Notes: generated by a model not told the origin, from the sequence alone. A stretch of 64,000 nt of DNA from Takakia lepidozioides (GCA_030704615.1 CM060734.1:11284001-11348000), one strand, 5' to 3'; positions 13,361-27,642 are shown, counted from the stretch's first letter. Translations and numbers: made by a program.

Positions 13361-16300
13361 ATAGAAATAAAAAATATTTTCTTGTATGAAATCCAATCTC
13401 CATACCATAAAAAAGATATACATATAAAACGGATTCAATCAAAACAATATATATGGTGCAATATATACATGATGACGTCGTAAAATTTTATCATTGTAAT
13501 GATCTCATATATGTACACATATATATACTCATATACACGCAAATGTTTAAAATAATTATAATAAAGAGTATTGGGATAAAATAAACAAATGACCTTTATT
13601 CAATTTCATTGATTCATGTTTTGTCAAACCAGATATACAAATATACAAACAATTTGGGAGAGAAAATTTGATATCATTTAAAACCTAATGTTTTTATTCA
13701 AAACATTATGAACATGTACAATGTCTCCATAGTTTCAAGCGGAAACTATGAATTTTGATCCTAAATTGTAACTTGATGTTCGTCGGCAACATCATTATCC
13801 GTAAGCAACATCTGATTTTTGAAATGTTCATATAATTTTTTTGGAATAACAATTTTTGCCTCCGTTTTTTTGTTGTGCCATATTTTGGTTTTTGTTTGTC
13901 CCGACTGTATTTCTCCACAAAACAAGCAGCTACTTGGTGACTACTTGTTAGAATATTTTGATGATGATATATGTTGGTAGCAAGGAATGTAATTAGGTAA
14001 TTTAAAAGCAATAAATACAGGTTTATGGTCCGTCCAATATGCTTCTGTAATGCCACATATGCAGTGTTGGTGAGGTGCATTTGTCCAAACATGGTCTAGT
14101 TGAGATCCATAGATAGTAGTACTAATTGAGAATTGTAGTTGCATATGGAAAGAAGACATGAATTTTTGTAAGTGATTTGTTGCTACGGTATTATTTTGTA
14201 AAAGATCTACATTAAAATCTCCTATTATTATTGTTGGACAGGTATGTGAGATATTATCAATGAGCTTTTTGAGAGAAGACAAGAAAATAGTTAATTGTAG
14301 TGTTGGAGGTTTATAGACCGCAATTATATGAATTGTTTTCCTTGTATTCAAATTAAATGTTGCATGTATGTATTCAACACCTTCATTTGATAATATTTGA
14401 TTTGATGCTAATGACATAGTATGGTTGTATGATACAATTGTTCCATGACTTGCATGAACTGCTAGATAAGAGTACATTGTAGTATTAACGAACAATTCAA
14501 TGTTTGAATTTGTTGGATTGAAGTGAGTTTCATTAAAGCACATTATATGAGATTGTTGTATAGTAAAGTCGGAACAAACATCCTCTTTATGTGATGACAA
14601 TGATCTAGTGTTCAAAGATTGCACAATGACATGTGATTCTCTATAAGATTGGAGAATGGGAATTAATAGTTGCCAACGAGCGGAAGTGCGAAGCCGTTGC
14701 ATTTCGTCGGCAACGCCATTATCAACATGCAAATTGTTTGATTGCAAAGGTGAGATAAGATATAAAATTTCTTTTTGTCGAATGCGAGAAAGTGACGTGT
14801 ATGTTAGACCATGTTTGTTTACACCCTTAGGATCGAACGCTAAATAATCCAAAGTTAATCCTTGGGAATGATGGATAGTTCGAGCGGAAGCCAATTGAAT
14901 TGGGTTCTGGTGATGATATGTTTCGTATTAGATCCTATTTGTATTTCTTTTGAAACTGGTTGGATTGGCGTCCACAACGAACAATTTGGTATGTTTTTCA
15001 TATTCTCTTGATTTTATAAATATTTATTTTTTGCACGCAAAGCAATTTCCGATTTCGGATTATTAAATTGGATCCATATTAAAATAGTTGAATTTGACAA
15101 AATAGAGAAATGTTGAAAATTTCATCGGCTTCGTTTACAAGTCCATCATTGTAGCATAATTTCCTGCGCGTGATTCTATTAACATATCTTTTTCAACATG
15201 AATCGTTGTATGCAAACCTGCTGTGGCATTGGCATTATCGAGCAACTTGAAATGAGAAGGGCATGTATATGCCATTGAAATTGATTTTCGTTTCAATGGA
15301 TCAGCTTTCAGATGTCTATTATATATTCTAAGTAAACCTTGGATAAGTAGCAATAAAGTGAATGTATTCCCAGTTCCTGCTCCTCCTGTCAAAAATAAAT
15401 GTATTGGTACTTCATGGGATATATGTTTTCTGTACAATCATAAAAAATAGCACGTTGTTCTTGATTGAGTTTACGTAATTGTCTATAGAACTCACAATTT
15501 GGAATAATGTTGTCTGATGTATTACATGTATTAGCCTCGGGTATTGTCGAATCATTGTTTTGTGGTTTGCAATGGAATTCTGTATTTATATCATATGGTT
15601 CAAATTTGTGCAAAGTTTGTGAATGGATGAATTGGACCACTATCGTCAACATCTGCAAATGTGTCAATCCATATATCGTTGTTATTATGTTTTCCTAATT
15701 CATGAGCCTTTGATTCTAAATCTGTCCAATCCGTTAGGTTATCTTCCACAAAAGTAAACACAAATTTCTTCCGATTAAGTAATATAGATGATTTATGAGC
15801 AAGATATGCATCATGTTAAGTTGCACGGTTATGTTTTTGTGATTCTTCAATGTTTTGAAACGGATGAAATAATAGTAATTGTTCTCGACAAAAAAATTCA
15901 ATATCACGGTGCTCATTATAGTGGACGTATCGAATGATATGTGATTTTTTGTGGCTAATCTAAAAGTTCGAGATGCATGATAAAGGGGTATTGACAACAC
16001 AATGCATGCTGCTAATTGAGCTGACATCTGTTGAGCATTTAAAAACGCATCACCCATCTTACGAATTCTTACATTAGCATCGACTTGATCATTGACACAT
16101 TTATTTATTATAATCCGAAATTCGTTTGTAATAGTTTTGTCCACTTTTGTTAGATAAGATGTACAATAAATGGCTGCAGCATATGGATCAAGTATAAATT
16201 GTGTGTCAGTATTGGCTTGCCAAAGATTGATCACCTGATTGCTAAAAGCATTTGAACAAATATCTTTACATGCTCTTTTTAAAAATATTGTTGGTTTTTT

Positions 16301-19300
16301 CAATCAACTCCTTAAAATTCTTATATATGTGTCCATTTCTGAGTTAAATAACGCAATAAATTCGTCGAATGAAATATTTGTATTAGCATCCATTTTATTT
16401 AGTGTATCAAATATATCGTTTGCTATTTTTGCATATCGTCTTGTATCATTGTCATCTAAGTCGTGATGAAAAGGTTCTAAAATCACAGTTGAATGTATGG
16501 GAGATAATGGATAATGAAAACATACCGTTTGATTTTTTTTTTTCCTACAAGTTCATTTATGACGATGTATTTGAGCTTCGTGTAAAGTAAGTGGAAGAAG
16601 ATCATTGTCACGTGTAATATAATTATCTATGAAGGTTGTGATTTCGTCATTACTATTTTTGCCATAGATTGGTGCATTTGCTATCCATAACATACCGTGG
16701 TCATGTTCACTTCATCTGCTTTGAAATTCAGTGACAAAGAAGTAGTCTTGTACGGGACCAAAAATACTTGGATCTTTTTTACATAAATTTCTAAATGCTC
16801 CCATTATGTGATCGTAGTAACGTGCACAAGTAACGGGATGTGATCGAATCAATTCAGCGACATGTTTAGGTTATAAATGATCTATGCTATTCGGAATTTC
16901 TAGTCTTTCGTGATTGAGTATATGTAAAGCTTTTAATAATGGTTGTCATTTGCTTTCCGCGCTTGTGAATGTGAAAATGTACGCGGTCCTAATTGTCGAA
17001 TCATTGCGAAAGCATCTTTGCGTAATCGAGCCAAATAATTAGATGATGGTCGTAGTATTTCTAAATCTCTATAACCCAAATCTGAATGCAATAATTTATC
17101 TAAATTAGATTTGTTAATTAGTTCTTGTGCTTTTAATTGTCTACCTTAAAGTTTGCCTTTCTGAATGCGTATCCAAGATGATGACGTGACTGCATGTATC
17201 ATTATCTTAATTGCTTTGAAAAATAGGTTAGGAATGTGAACGACGAAATTGTGGTCTTTATGCAAGAGTTCCCATTTTGCTATTGCTTGATAAGATAATT
17301 TCGAACAATTAGGTTTTTGACGAGGAAAACCAAAAAATAGAGTTGGAAAATTTAATTCTTTGCTATACGTATCATAGAAAAGACCGAATGGTTTAAAATC
17401 TTGACTAGGTGTGACAGTCAAAATATCAACGTCATATGCTTGAATTTGTTCAGAATTTAGGATATTTTGAACTAATGTATCGGTTACTACATTTTCTTCG
17501 ACTTCTTCGAAATTGACAAATACAAGAACAATTATTAATAGACGATTGCGATCTTCTAATAGACTTTCAAGAACATTCCAAAGTGTGACGAATAGACTTG
17601 ACCATTGTGGACGAATAGTGACATGATTTTCTATGTATAATGGTGTATTGACGAGATCATACAAAACACTCATGATAGAGTTATGACGAACATTGCCTGA
17701 TAAGTACGGAAATTTGTACTCGAGACGACGTTTTAGAAGCAAACCAATTGTAGCCTCGTCATGCGATAGATGAGGTAAAACCATTTGTGTTTGATTTATA
17801 TTAGATGGAACATTAATTATACTACCACGGAGTCCGTACTGTCCATACCCTTGTAATTGGTATATTTGTGCAAAAGCGATACGCGGTGCTATTAGTCTTT
17901 CTTCTAATTGGATAATTTATGAATAAAATCTACCGATTTATTGAATGATATTTGACTTGGTACTTGGTATTTAGGAATTTCATCCTTAGCAAGTAGTAAT
18001 TTACAACTTCGGCATATAGATATTTGTTCGTTTGTATTATCTGTAATATCAATTTTTTGAGAATTGTAAATATTAAGTTTTTCTTTGGATTTTTTTGTAA
18101 GTTTGGATATTTGTTTTTTGAAACATAGTCTATGACAACATATGCATTGATGTATTGGAATATCAAGCAAATTTTCAGTATATTGGTATTTATGATTATA
18201 TGATGAGTTCGAACTAACTTCTTCTTCAACATTTGAGACTGAAATTGGAGTGGAGGCAGAGTTCTCGTTACTTGGTTGTACAGTGTTTGGCATATTGTCA
18301 AGTTGTATTATTGAACTATCAACATTTCTTCGTTTTTGGATGATATACTTTAGGTGAAAGTAGATTTGAGAGAACGATAGTTGTAAATTCATTTGTTGTA
18401 TTGCAAAAATTTCTGCTATGTGTTTGAGAGTGGAAGAAAGATAATTTTTCATTAAATTAAACATGATATTGTCATGAATAGATAACCATTTAAAACGTAT
18501 TGGTTTAGTATGAACGTTCATACATTCATTATTGTCTATAGATAATTGGAAATTAGTGGTTGTCACATGGTTTGCAATGTTTGGATGAACTTCGAAACAA
18601 TTGCGATCACAGCTTTGATGGATGTCATTTCGAGTATGTGTTGGGATCACTCTTGACATATCCTCACATATGGGACTCGATGTTGAGAGACGCGAGATGA
18701 TCGGCTCGTAATGACCACTTTTACTTGACAAAGAAGGAGAAGTAGAGAAAAGTATTTGAAGTGGGATTTGCGAAACAAAAATAAGTCATGCTTTGTTGTC
18801 GCCACTCTTTGGATGCATTCGCATCCTCCAATAAAAATGCAATAGAGTCGAACAAACAATCACGACGACATATGGATAATTTTTTACTCGTTCGAGATTT
18901 TTAGAATGCAAGACAAAATCTATATCCATGTTTAAAAAATGATTTGAGTATAAAATATGTATCTGAGTAATAAATGAATACAATTTTTTTAATAATTTAT
19001 TAATTTTAGTTAGATTTGATACACTATAAATGATATCGCATAAATAATAGGTGGTGAAAATATATATTATTAATAATAAGATATCTAAATACAGCTCATC
19101 ATGAGTCAGAATTAAAAATTAAAAATTATATTATATAAAGGTATATGATAAATAATAATAAAAATCTTAAGAGGATATGAAATTTTTTTTAAATGTGATT
19201 TTGTAACGTAAATATTAGTGGATGTGAAATGATATATAAAATTGATGGATCTAAAGGGATCTGAAGGGATCTAAGATCTGAAAAAAATTAAATATATTTT

Positions 19301-19574
19301 CTTAAAAAATAGTTTTTCATTTACAACTTAGTTGTTTTAAAAAAGTTAGTTCTTGATTTGTATATAAAATGATGGATCTAAAGGGACCTAAAGGGATCTG
19401 ACATCTGAAAAAATCTTGAGCTTTCGAAAAGTTGGAAAAATGTGGTCATTACTACAGAGGGAAAATTATGAGGTTACTGAGAGGTTATTTTCTCCTCTCT
19501 ATCAAGGGGCCTGATTTGTGAGCTCTCGTTCCCAGGTGTTTCCCTTTATATATATATATGTATATATATAAAGA
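13361..19574 (-). mobile_element. Helentron-type rolling-circle transposon (Rep + PIF1 helicase + AP endonuclease), decayed
   Basis: Rep motif 1 AMIRQLGP..FTFTSAESK* (~16940-17010), HUH motif EFQSR*SEHDHGMLW (~16685-16735), motif 3 YCTSYLTK (~16150). Helicase LFLTGGAGTG (~15380), ARTIHHSQGLTLD and YTSLSR. C-terminal APE SLNTRS..CFNETH..VYKPP..IIGDFNVD..LDHVW..TDHKP (13941-14640). Putative 5' end A|TCTTTATATATA at 19574 on the minus strand. The helicase lacks its central motifs. Confidence 0.85.
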
Positions 19575-20062
19575 TTAAATATCTAGAATAAATAATCACC
19601 TACATTCATTTAAAAATATGTATATATATAAACAAACTTTAAAAAAATTGACGATTGACAAATATGTGTACTTTACTTATGGCATAAATTTATTAATTAA
19701 TTACAGTGTTTTTTCCAATGGTATTTAAGAAATCTAAAAAACCTAAAGGGACCTAAGATCTGAATAAAACTAAAGATTTTGAAAAGCTGAAAAACTTGTG
19801 CATATTACTAAACATTGTTTTTTCAATGATATTTAACAACTTCAAGAAGATAACAACAATTCAACAATAAAATCAATATATAATATTCAGTAACAATAAT
19901 AATATTCATTTGCAACCAGCATTGAAACCGAGAATACGAAAAATGAAATATTTTGAAACGAGATGGTGAACCACCAACATTGTCAAAGTTAATTTTGTGG
20001 TCAATATTTTGCGTTCAATGGCGGCGACTAAAATAGACCCGAACTACCTTGAGTCAAACTAT

Positions 20063-20430
20063 CTAAACTTTATCGTAACCTACAATTTCAGAGATAGGGC
20101 TAAGTGCAAATGTGCATTTCAATCGTATTTTGGACAGCCGACCAACAACATTCACACGATTCTCTCGATGTACTGTCAAGATATCAGCTTCATCGAGCCC
20201 TACGATTGTGTGCAACCCCTCTCTCTTAACTTGACAATCAACCCTAGAAGCTGCAGTGGATATGCGTCCAGTAATACAACCTTCTAAAGCACATGGATGT
20301 ATAGCTTGACATGTATTGCAGAAATATTGCCCCCCTTGTTGCAAAACAATGTCAATGAAAAGGCAATTCGAGCATACACGCTTGAAAGGAGGCTGCGATG
20401 GATTCGAGACAGCAAAAACCCCAATCACCT
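20063..20430 (-). CDS. Exon of a putative RPA70-C-like OB-fold/zinc-ribbon protein, probably Helitron-associated
   Basis: CSNC-x13-CNTC zinc ribbon followed by beta-rich sequence. CAG acceptor at ~20431 and an upstream GTAAG donor at ~20530. Same strand as RepHel. Confidence 0.45.
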
Positions 20431-20560
20431 GTATGGACAGAATTAAGTCCAAATGAGATAATATACTTACAATGTTGAAATAGTTCAAATTAAAAAAAGT
20501 ATGATGTCTCAAAAAATAATTCAAAGCTTACTTGTCGTGCCGCAACGGCTTGCGCTCCTT

Positions 20561-20682
20561 CATGTGACGTGCGACCGAATCAAGAACATGTGTGATAATA
20601 GTTGATGAAGATGTCAGTAGTCATGTGACGTGCGACCCAATCAAGAACATGTGTGATAATAGTTGATGAGGATGTCAGTAGT
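20561..20682 (+). repeat. 61-bp direct tandem duplication
   Basis: catgtgacgtgcgacc..atcaagaacatgtgtgataatagttgatga.gatgtcagtagt occurs twice. Confidence 0.85.
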
Positions 20683-20758
20683 CGTACATCACCATTGTGA
20701 GTAATTGTGATGTGCTTCAGAACACCACATGTTGGAATCTGTTGGTATCTTGTGTCAG

Positions 20759-21540
20759 GTATCGTGCACCAGAAGTTCTGCTGCAGTCCTCTTGCTATAG
20801 TACTCCAGCTATTGGTACAGTTTGAACTTTCTTGTGTGCTTCAAAAAATAAATGCTGAGAAGTAGGGTGTATTTGTTACCTACCAGTATCTAGTGCATCT
20901 TCAAGAAGAGGTGGCCAGATGTTTGGAGAGGGAGATCTTCACTGACAGATGCTTGTCTTTTGGTGAGATAATTCGTTGTTGGGGTGCATCACACCATGGC
21001 GGCTAATATGCTTGGCGGGTTACTTCAAAGTTTGTATGATGTCCATGCTGTCTTACATATGAAGTAACCACAGATCATCATCATGTGGCACTTTGGGTAC
21101 GGGAACTGCCGGCCTGTCACTAGACACCTTTGTCTAGCAATGGACCTGCGACTTAAGCTGTTGTCAGGATATCTAATTTGCTTAGATTGTCCTTGCAGCA
21201 CCTTGTGCTTCTTAAAATCTTGCCTGTTGTCTGTCCTGCACAGACATGTGGGCCATGGGAGCAATAATGGCAGAACTGTTCACACTCCGCCCACTTTTTC
21301 CGGGTCAAGGTACGTAGGCTAGCTTTGATCTGCGATGTGACAGGTTGACTCGTAAGCAATTTTGGTGGAAGTTGTGCTCAAGTGGACTGCTTTATATGGG
21401 TGTGATGTTGTTCATAATGCTGTTAGTTGCAGCTTTTTCTGTAGTTTTCCTCATGCTTCAAAGTGGCTCTTGTGGTTGGAATGTGCTGCTGACAGCGAGG
21501 CAGATGAAATCTACAAGATTTGCAGTGTAATTGGACTGTT
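20759..21540 (+). pseudogene. MAK/MHK-like CMGC kinase fragment, downstream exons
   Basis: GT-AG bounded exons: 20759-20814 (YRAPEVLLQS), 21244-21309 (DMWAMGAIMAELFTLRPLFPG, 1-nt frameshift), 21497-~21540 (EADEIYKICSVIG). Confidence 0.85.
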
Positions 21541-22443
21541 TTGTACACATGTACAGCTGTACAAAGTGGAAGGCGTTACTGTGTGGTAATACTTCAAATT
21601 TTGGCAGGTGGGTATGTGTATTCCACCTTCTATTTCGCGTCGGGAATTGGTGCAACCCAAGACCTATGCTCCGACAGGTTGGTTAACCTTGGATATTGAG
21701 CAGCGTTAACCAGTTCCACCCAATTTATGCCAGAAGAAAATTATTTAACTTTTTGGTTCTCAAGGACATTGTTGATTTTGATGATCTGTTGTTACAAGAT
21801 TCGTCGTACTGCTGTCACATTGTCGTGAATTCTCAAGATTGATCTCTAAAAGGGGGTTAGTGTTGTTAATTCGGTAAAGTTTCTGAAGCTTGTGTCAATT
21901 TGCCTGAAGCCCTTGATGATATTGCAGTTCTGGAGGCCAAAATTCACCAGGAGAAGGACGGTCTTGGGCGGTCAGCACTTCAAGACTTCATGGATGAGAC
22001 AATTGGGGGGGCCCTCCGACCATCTCCAGTGCAAAACCTACTGTCGCTGCAGGCTGGGTTGGTGAAAGCCTTTTTGATGATGGCTTTTTCTTCTCCAACA
22101 TTAAATCACAAGACGGCCACACCAAAAGAAGAGAGCACTTGCATTTAGACTTCCAGTCTCCGACAGGCATGTGATGGATCAGCAAGAAGTGGGACAGAGT
22201 TCTTCACATGAGCTGTCAGCGTCTAGTTCACAGCCAGGTGGGAAGAATGAGCTCACCACTTCCGTCAACACCAGCAAGGCCAGCCAAAGGTAGAGTTGCT
22301 TATCACAGTAGGTGAGCAATTTTGGTTGACACGAGCACACCTCAGTTTGTTTGTCATCCAGCGAGACTCCTCTACCGTCAGACGGTGTCTGTGTCTTTGA
22401 TTTGCATTTTATATGATCTATTTGTCTTTCTTTATGTATGCAG

Positions 22444-22847
22444 GTTCTCACCATAGAGCTTAAGAACAATGCCAACAAGCTAGCTAAGTGGACCGCCCAA
22501 ACTCTTCTTTCTGGGGCAGAACAGGTAACTCCCCTCTTTGTACCTTTTCTTTGTATCGATAGGTGGAGAGACATGTATAGATTAAGGGTCTCAGTTAACA
22601 GTACACATGATGATCTAAGACAGATACTGTGAATACTTTCCACAGTCGCACATGACCGGTCCAAAGCGTGACAAGTTATAGCTTTTGCTTATTTCCAGAT
22701 TTCTCTCTTACTTACAGATGAAGCTTTGATATGTGTCAAGGGTGCATCCCAAGGACAATTACAACCATTTTCTGCTCACAGTTCAGGCCTACAAGCCCAA
22801 AAACTTTACCGCTCAGATCATCCTCAATGTGTGGGGCATTCTTAAGG
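22444..22847 (+). pseudogene. EIF3D: eIF3 subunit D gene fragment (two exons)
   Basis: VLTIELKNNANKLAKWTAQTLLSGAEQ followed by MKL*YVSRVHPKDNYNHFLLTVQAYKPKNF..WGILK, matching the recalled eIF3d C-terminal region. Contains an internal stop. Confidence 0.85.
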
Positions 22848-24235
22848 TTTGCAGTTGCCTCTCTCTCATTTGTGTCAATGTTGTCCAGGTATTTGTTGTT
22901 CCCAGTACTGATAGGTGAATCATTGTGTTTGCAAAACAAACATTCAACTGTCTACAACTGTGTCTTAGAATCTGGCCTGCAGAGTTTGTTTCTCTTGCTT
23001 CTGTTGTCTTTCTAGGATGGAATCCATGTCATTGCCAAATCATTTATTGAAAAGGCCATTCGTCAACACGTTGAAGGCTTCTTGCAATCAATTTTAGTTA
23101 ACCTAATCATTGGTGCACATGTTGGCAAATATCCAGGCCATGTCCCTGCTTGGTTGACACCTTTGTAAATTGTATGATGCTGGCAAAATGACCTCTGGCC
23201 AAGACAGCTTTGCAAGGTAAGCTCTCTTGCTGCAAATAGTCAACCCAACTTTAGTCAATTATGCTATATCTTACGACCTCAGATGATTGCTGCTATGCAA
23301 TGAGGAAGTCTACACTAACATTGCAACTCTGATTCAGCATTGGACTGCAGCACAATGAGGCGAGGCATCCACTCTTATTGGTCATGTTGCACATCTAATA
23401 CGCATGACTGGGGCAGATTGACAGCAAATATGAGCTGAAAGTCGCCGATGGCATTAGTCCTGAAGATATCCAGATCGTAAGTTCAAAACCTATGTTTTTC
23501 ACTTTACAAAATGACAAATTTGGAAAGGCATATGTGACAATGTGGCTTTAAGGTTTCATTTCTCGTTCTCAGCTTTCTTGTGATTCCAAATGATACAAAT
23601 CCAATTTCATAAACATGATAGGGTTTGAATTTCATTCAGATATGTTTCAGACCTGTTGGTTTTCACTCATGACAATTGTACAACATGCATACATATTCAG
23701 AATGTTGTAGTTAATAGTATGGTGTTTTTTATATAGTGTAGGCATGACTTTTCATCTATTTCCTTTCATTTTACATCCTGAAATCTAGTGTGTTGTCATC
23801 AGCTTTCTTCTGATTGACAATGACACAAGGTTGATTTCATGAACTTAAAGTTTGATTTTTCAGTTAGATGTGTTCCAGATTTGTTGGTTTTCACTCATGA
23901 CAATTATAGAGCATGCTTATGTCTTCATAATGTTGTAGTTTTCCTTGAATGGTACCCAATCGGATACTCTATCGTGAATCTGGTTTTTTTCTTGAAACGG
24001 TCGAAACTGATACACATTGTGTTTGATGTCATGTAGGTGAGTTTTCTTCTTTCCTTTCATTCTGAGTATGAAAGCTTGGCAACAACTTTCCGGTCCAGAA
24101 TTAGCCCTTAATAGAATATTAACTAGGCATGTTACAAAACAGTGTCAACACGAGAACTCAACTTGCTGGAACTGGCCACTGCACAACTCCTTGCAATACA
24201 AAAGACAAAAGTTTGCGTTGTATCTTTCTACATAC

Positions 24236-25215
24236 CAGCGTGTGGAGACATAGTCCGTATACGGTGAACGTGAGCGAACCTCCCTTGCAAGACCAAAATC
24301 AGCAACCTTGATGACTTCCTTGGTTACCAACAGATTCTCTGCAAAAGAATTTAAAGGAATCCCCAACAAAGCCATATTCAACAAAACGCTCCATATTGAC
24401 ATTAGCTCAAGCTCAAACTGAAACTCATCAAAGCTCACCACCGAGATGGGATAAGACCTCTAACCACAAGCCCAAATGGATGGAAGTAACATTGAGTCTT
24501 TCGGGTATCTGTAGTTAAAGTTCCAATGCAATCCATTCATTGAGAGTTTGCACCATCTGGCAAAGATGGTACTTCATGATCAGAATAAAAGGTTTACCTA
24601 AAAGACCGCATAGCATCATCACAGTGTAACAAACCATCTTCAATTAGCAATCAAACAGTACCACATCACCATTCCCAACACATTTGGGGAGAAGGTTACC
24701 TGGCTTTAAGTCCCGATGAAAATAGCCATGCTTATGCATGTGAGCAAGCGCCTGCAACACTTGAAAACACCAATTTCGTACTTTTGCTTCAGAAAATAGT
24801 TTATCTTTGTCTTTCATTAATTGGTATAGATTGCACTCCTGCAACAAGCAAGTGCACAATCCATCAGATAATAAAACCTTGCATTCAACCAGAACCCAAG
24901 ACAACCACCATTGTTTGTTCAAGCAGTTATACACGATGCACAGATGTTCTCAGAACTGCAACCCTAAATTATAATTCAAGCCTTCTCATTCAAACTTTGG
25001 GTGAAAACAGGGCATTGGACTACTGCGAAAAACAATCCCATGGAGTGTGATGTACACCTCCTGCTTGACAAGAAAAAGTATGGGAACTGTAATAGACCAA
25101 CATGCGTGTGTCGAGCTTGCCATACCATATACTCAAACACAAAATACAATTCATCATTTTCTCTGATGACCTCCTTCAGCTTCACAATATTTGGATGATT
25201 CAACTTCCGAAGAGA
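24236..25215 (-). pseudogene. MAK/MHK-like CMGC kinase fragment, upstream exons
   Basis: Exons 25215-25126 (SLRKLNHPNIVKLKEVIRENDELYFVFEYM), 24838-24700 ([19 protein letters not shown]) and 24338-24236 ([30 protein letters not shown]). The TDY activation loop is typical of the MAK family. Confidence 0.88.
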
Positions 25216-26735
25216 CTGCTCAAAGCAACCAAGTACACATATGATCCACACTGAATAAGGCATACTCATAGTATGCTTAAAAACAAAGCATAAAATTTAC
25301 TCGTATAAGCTCCTTCAGCTTCACAATATTAGAGAAGGGATGATTCAACTTGCTGCAGGTTTAGCTAGTGACACCTGACATACCACATTTACCATCATGG
25401 ACATCAAGAGCGGAAACTGACCCTTTCTATCATATATTGCAGATCCCTACATATTCCTGGGAGTATGCACACAAGGCACATTTCTGCAGCACATTCTCAA
25501 ATCAACCTCCCTCTGATAAAAAGGTCTTGGATGTTATGTATGAATGCAGTCTTCAATCAGCACAAACCATACAACCATGCTTGACAAGGAAACGTCTATT
25601 CAACCCCACTAATGTGCTTGAAGGAGGCAGAGGACAAAATGATATCATCGACCAACAGATTCAGTTGGGTGCTCCTATGCCTGTCTCTTGCAGGATGTAA
25701 GGCTGAGTAGGAGACAGTGAGCACCCCATCTCCAGAGAAGACTCTGGTATATGCACGAAATGCTGACCGAGAGGAGGCCACATGGCACTGGTGCACTTGT
25801 AGGTGTGAGATCAAACAGAGTCAAGTGCCTATTACAGGACCAAACAGATTCCCATTGGCATTTTGACACATGTGCCAGCCAAGCAGAGTGTGCATTGCCA
25901 CGTCCTCAAAACTGGACTTGTTCGTTGAATCAAGACACTTCGCAGTCCAGAATGGGAATACATACCCATTTGGTCTCAGGGAGAAGGCGGCCCAGCCATC
26001 GTACTCCAACACGAGGCATGCTCTCAAAAGTTTTGTTACTTAGTCCCAACTTAGATAGCCTCTCCAGTACAGAATCAGTCTCCTCTTTACCCTGTACCCA
26101 TGAACCACCAAGAAATCAACCAACAAAATACCCTAATCTGACTTGCCCATGCACAGTAGGGCAAACACCTTCAACAAAATGATAGCTATCAAAGCTCATT
26201 AAAACAGTTTAAAATCTCTTACTAACAGTAGCCCCTATTCAGTGTCCTGCCCTTATAGTACCATTTGCAGTGATGACTTTGCTTGTTGCTTGCTCATCAA
26301 GGATACAATTAGACACATATCATTTTCAGCCCTTTTCTCACCTTAAGTCTCCACCAAAAATAAACGAATTCTCAACACTACATCGAAATTCCACAGGCCA
26401 TGCCATACAGACAGCTTCAGTCGTTGGAAGCAGACCTTGGGAATAAATCCTAGTTGGAAAAGGCTCCGACACGAGTAGAAGTGAACTGTTTTGCAATACA
26501 ACAATGGCATTGACTTGCTACTATTACCATACTATTTAGGACTGCTACTGCTTTAACAAAATTATGCAAACATCACTTGTGAGATAGGTACACACTAGCT
26601 CATTCCAAACATAAAATATCGATGTTGGAGGAGGTAATATGAAATAGTGCTATTGCAGCAGTACCGACTGTAAATACACCCAGTCATTCTGCAAACTTCT
26701 GTACATTCAGCATTTACGTTATAAGCCACACAGTA

Positions 26736-26968
26736 GTCATGTGCTACTGTGGAAAAGATTCACAGTATCTGCCTTAGATCATCATGTGTACTGTTAACTC
26801 AGACCCTTAATCCATACCTGTCTCTCCACCTATCGATACAAAGAAAAGGTACAAAGAGGGGGGTTCCCGTTCTGCCCCAGAAAGAAGAGCTTGGGCAGTC
26901 AACTTAGCTAGCTTGTTGGCATTGTTCTTAAGCTCTATGGTGAGAACCTGCATACATTAAGAAAGACA
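26736..26968 (-). pseudogene. EIF3D: Second, inverted copy of the eIF3d exon with flanking intron
   Basis: Reverse complement of ~22424-22657 with scattered substitutions. Confidence 0.85.
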
Positions 26969-27424
26969 AACTTCCTGGGACAACTTCCTGTGCAGGAAAT
27001 CTACTATGTACTTCAAAGATGGTTGTGCATGGTCATGATCAGGTTCTCAACCCACCTCTGTATATTTGGCGAGTTTTATGTCGCCAATTGCATTTGAAAA
27101 ACCTATTCCTTCAAGATCATTTAGTAAAGCAACCACACAATGCAGTCCCAAGTCACCACAGGTCTTCCGCTGCATAAATTAAGATTACATCCTCATCCCA
27201 TACAACAAGGGAGTTGAGACAAAGGCTGCTGAGTGTGAGTTTATGCAGGTAACACTTACAGGCAAAGACACAATGCGATCGCCTGGAAGATGTCCATGGA
27301 TGGCTGCATACATGCATTATCCCCTAGTCACAAATTAACACCCTATCTAAAGCTGAGGATTTTATCTCTACAAAAGTCAGCAAGTTATGCAAAACAGAGA
27401 AGAGGGCAAGGGAATTTTGTACTG

Positions 27425-27642
27425 ACATGATGAGTGCATCCTCCACAGTGGCAGTAAGAGTGCCCAACATTCCTACTGTCCAGTTCAATGGAAGCAGTCT
27501 GCACGCAACCGTTCGGGGTTAGTGTCAACTAAGAGGTTTCAACTGAGTCAAAGCAACCAATGCACCCACCCAGCTGAAGTTGTACGACCAAAGGTTGGCT
27601 TGAAACCCACTACACAAAGTCCTGCTGGCATTCGCACAGAAC
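27425..27642 (-). pseudogene. Amidase (FAAH-like) gene fragment, two exons
   Basis: GSVRMPAGLC-VVGFKPTFGRTTSAG, then an intron, then LLPLNWTVGMLGTLTATVEDALIM. This is the amidase signature region. Confidence 0.8.

Noticed and set aside
23610-23945. Diverged ~100-bp direct repeat
   Set aside because: It is real but looks like an ordinary local duplication near the inferred inversion breakpoint, with no other signal.
20759-25215. Trans-spliced functional kinase
   Set aside because: The N-terminal and C-terminal exons are missing and one exon is frameshifted. A simple inversion explains the strand switch.
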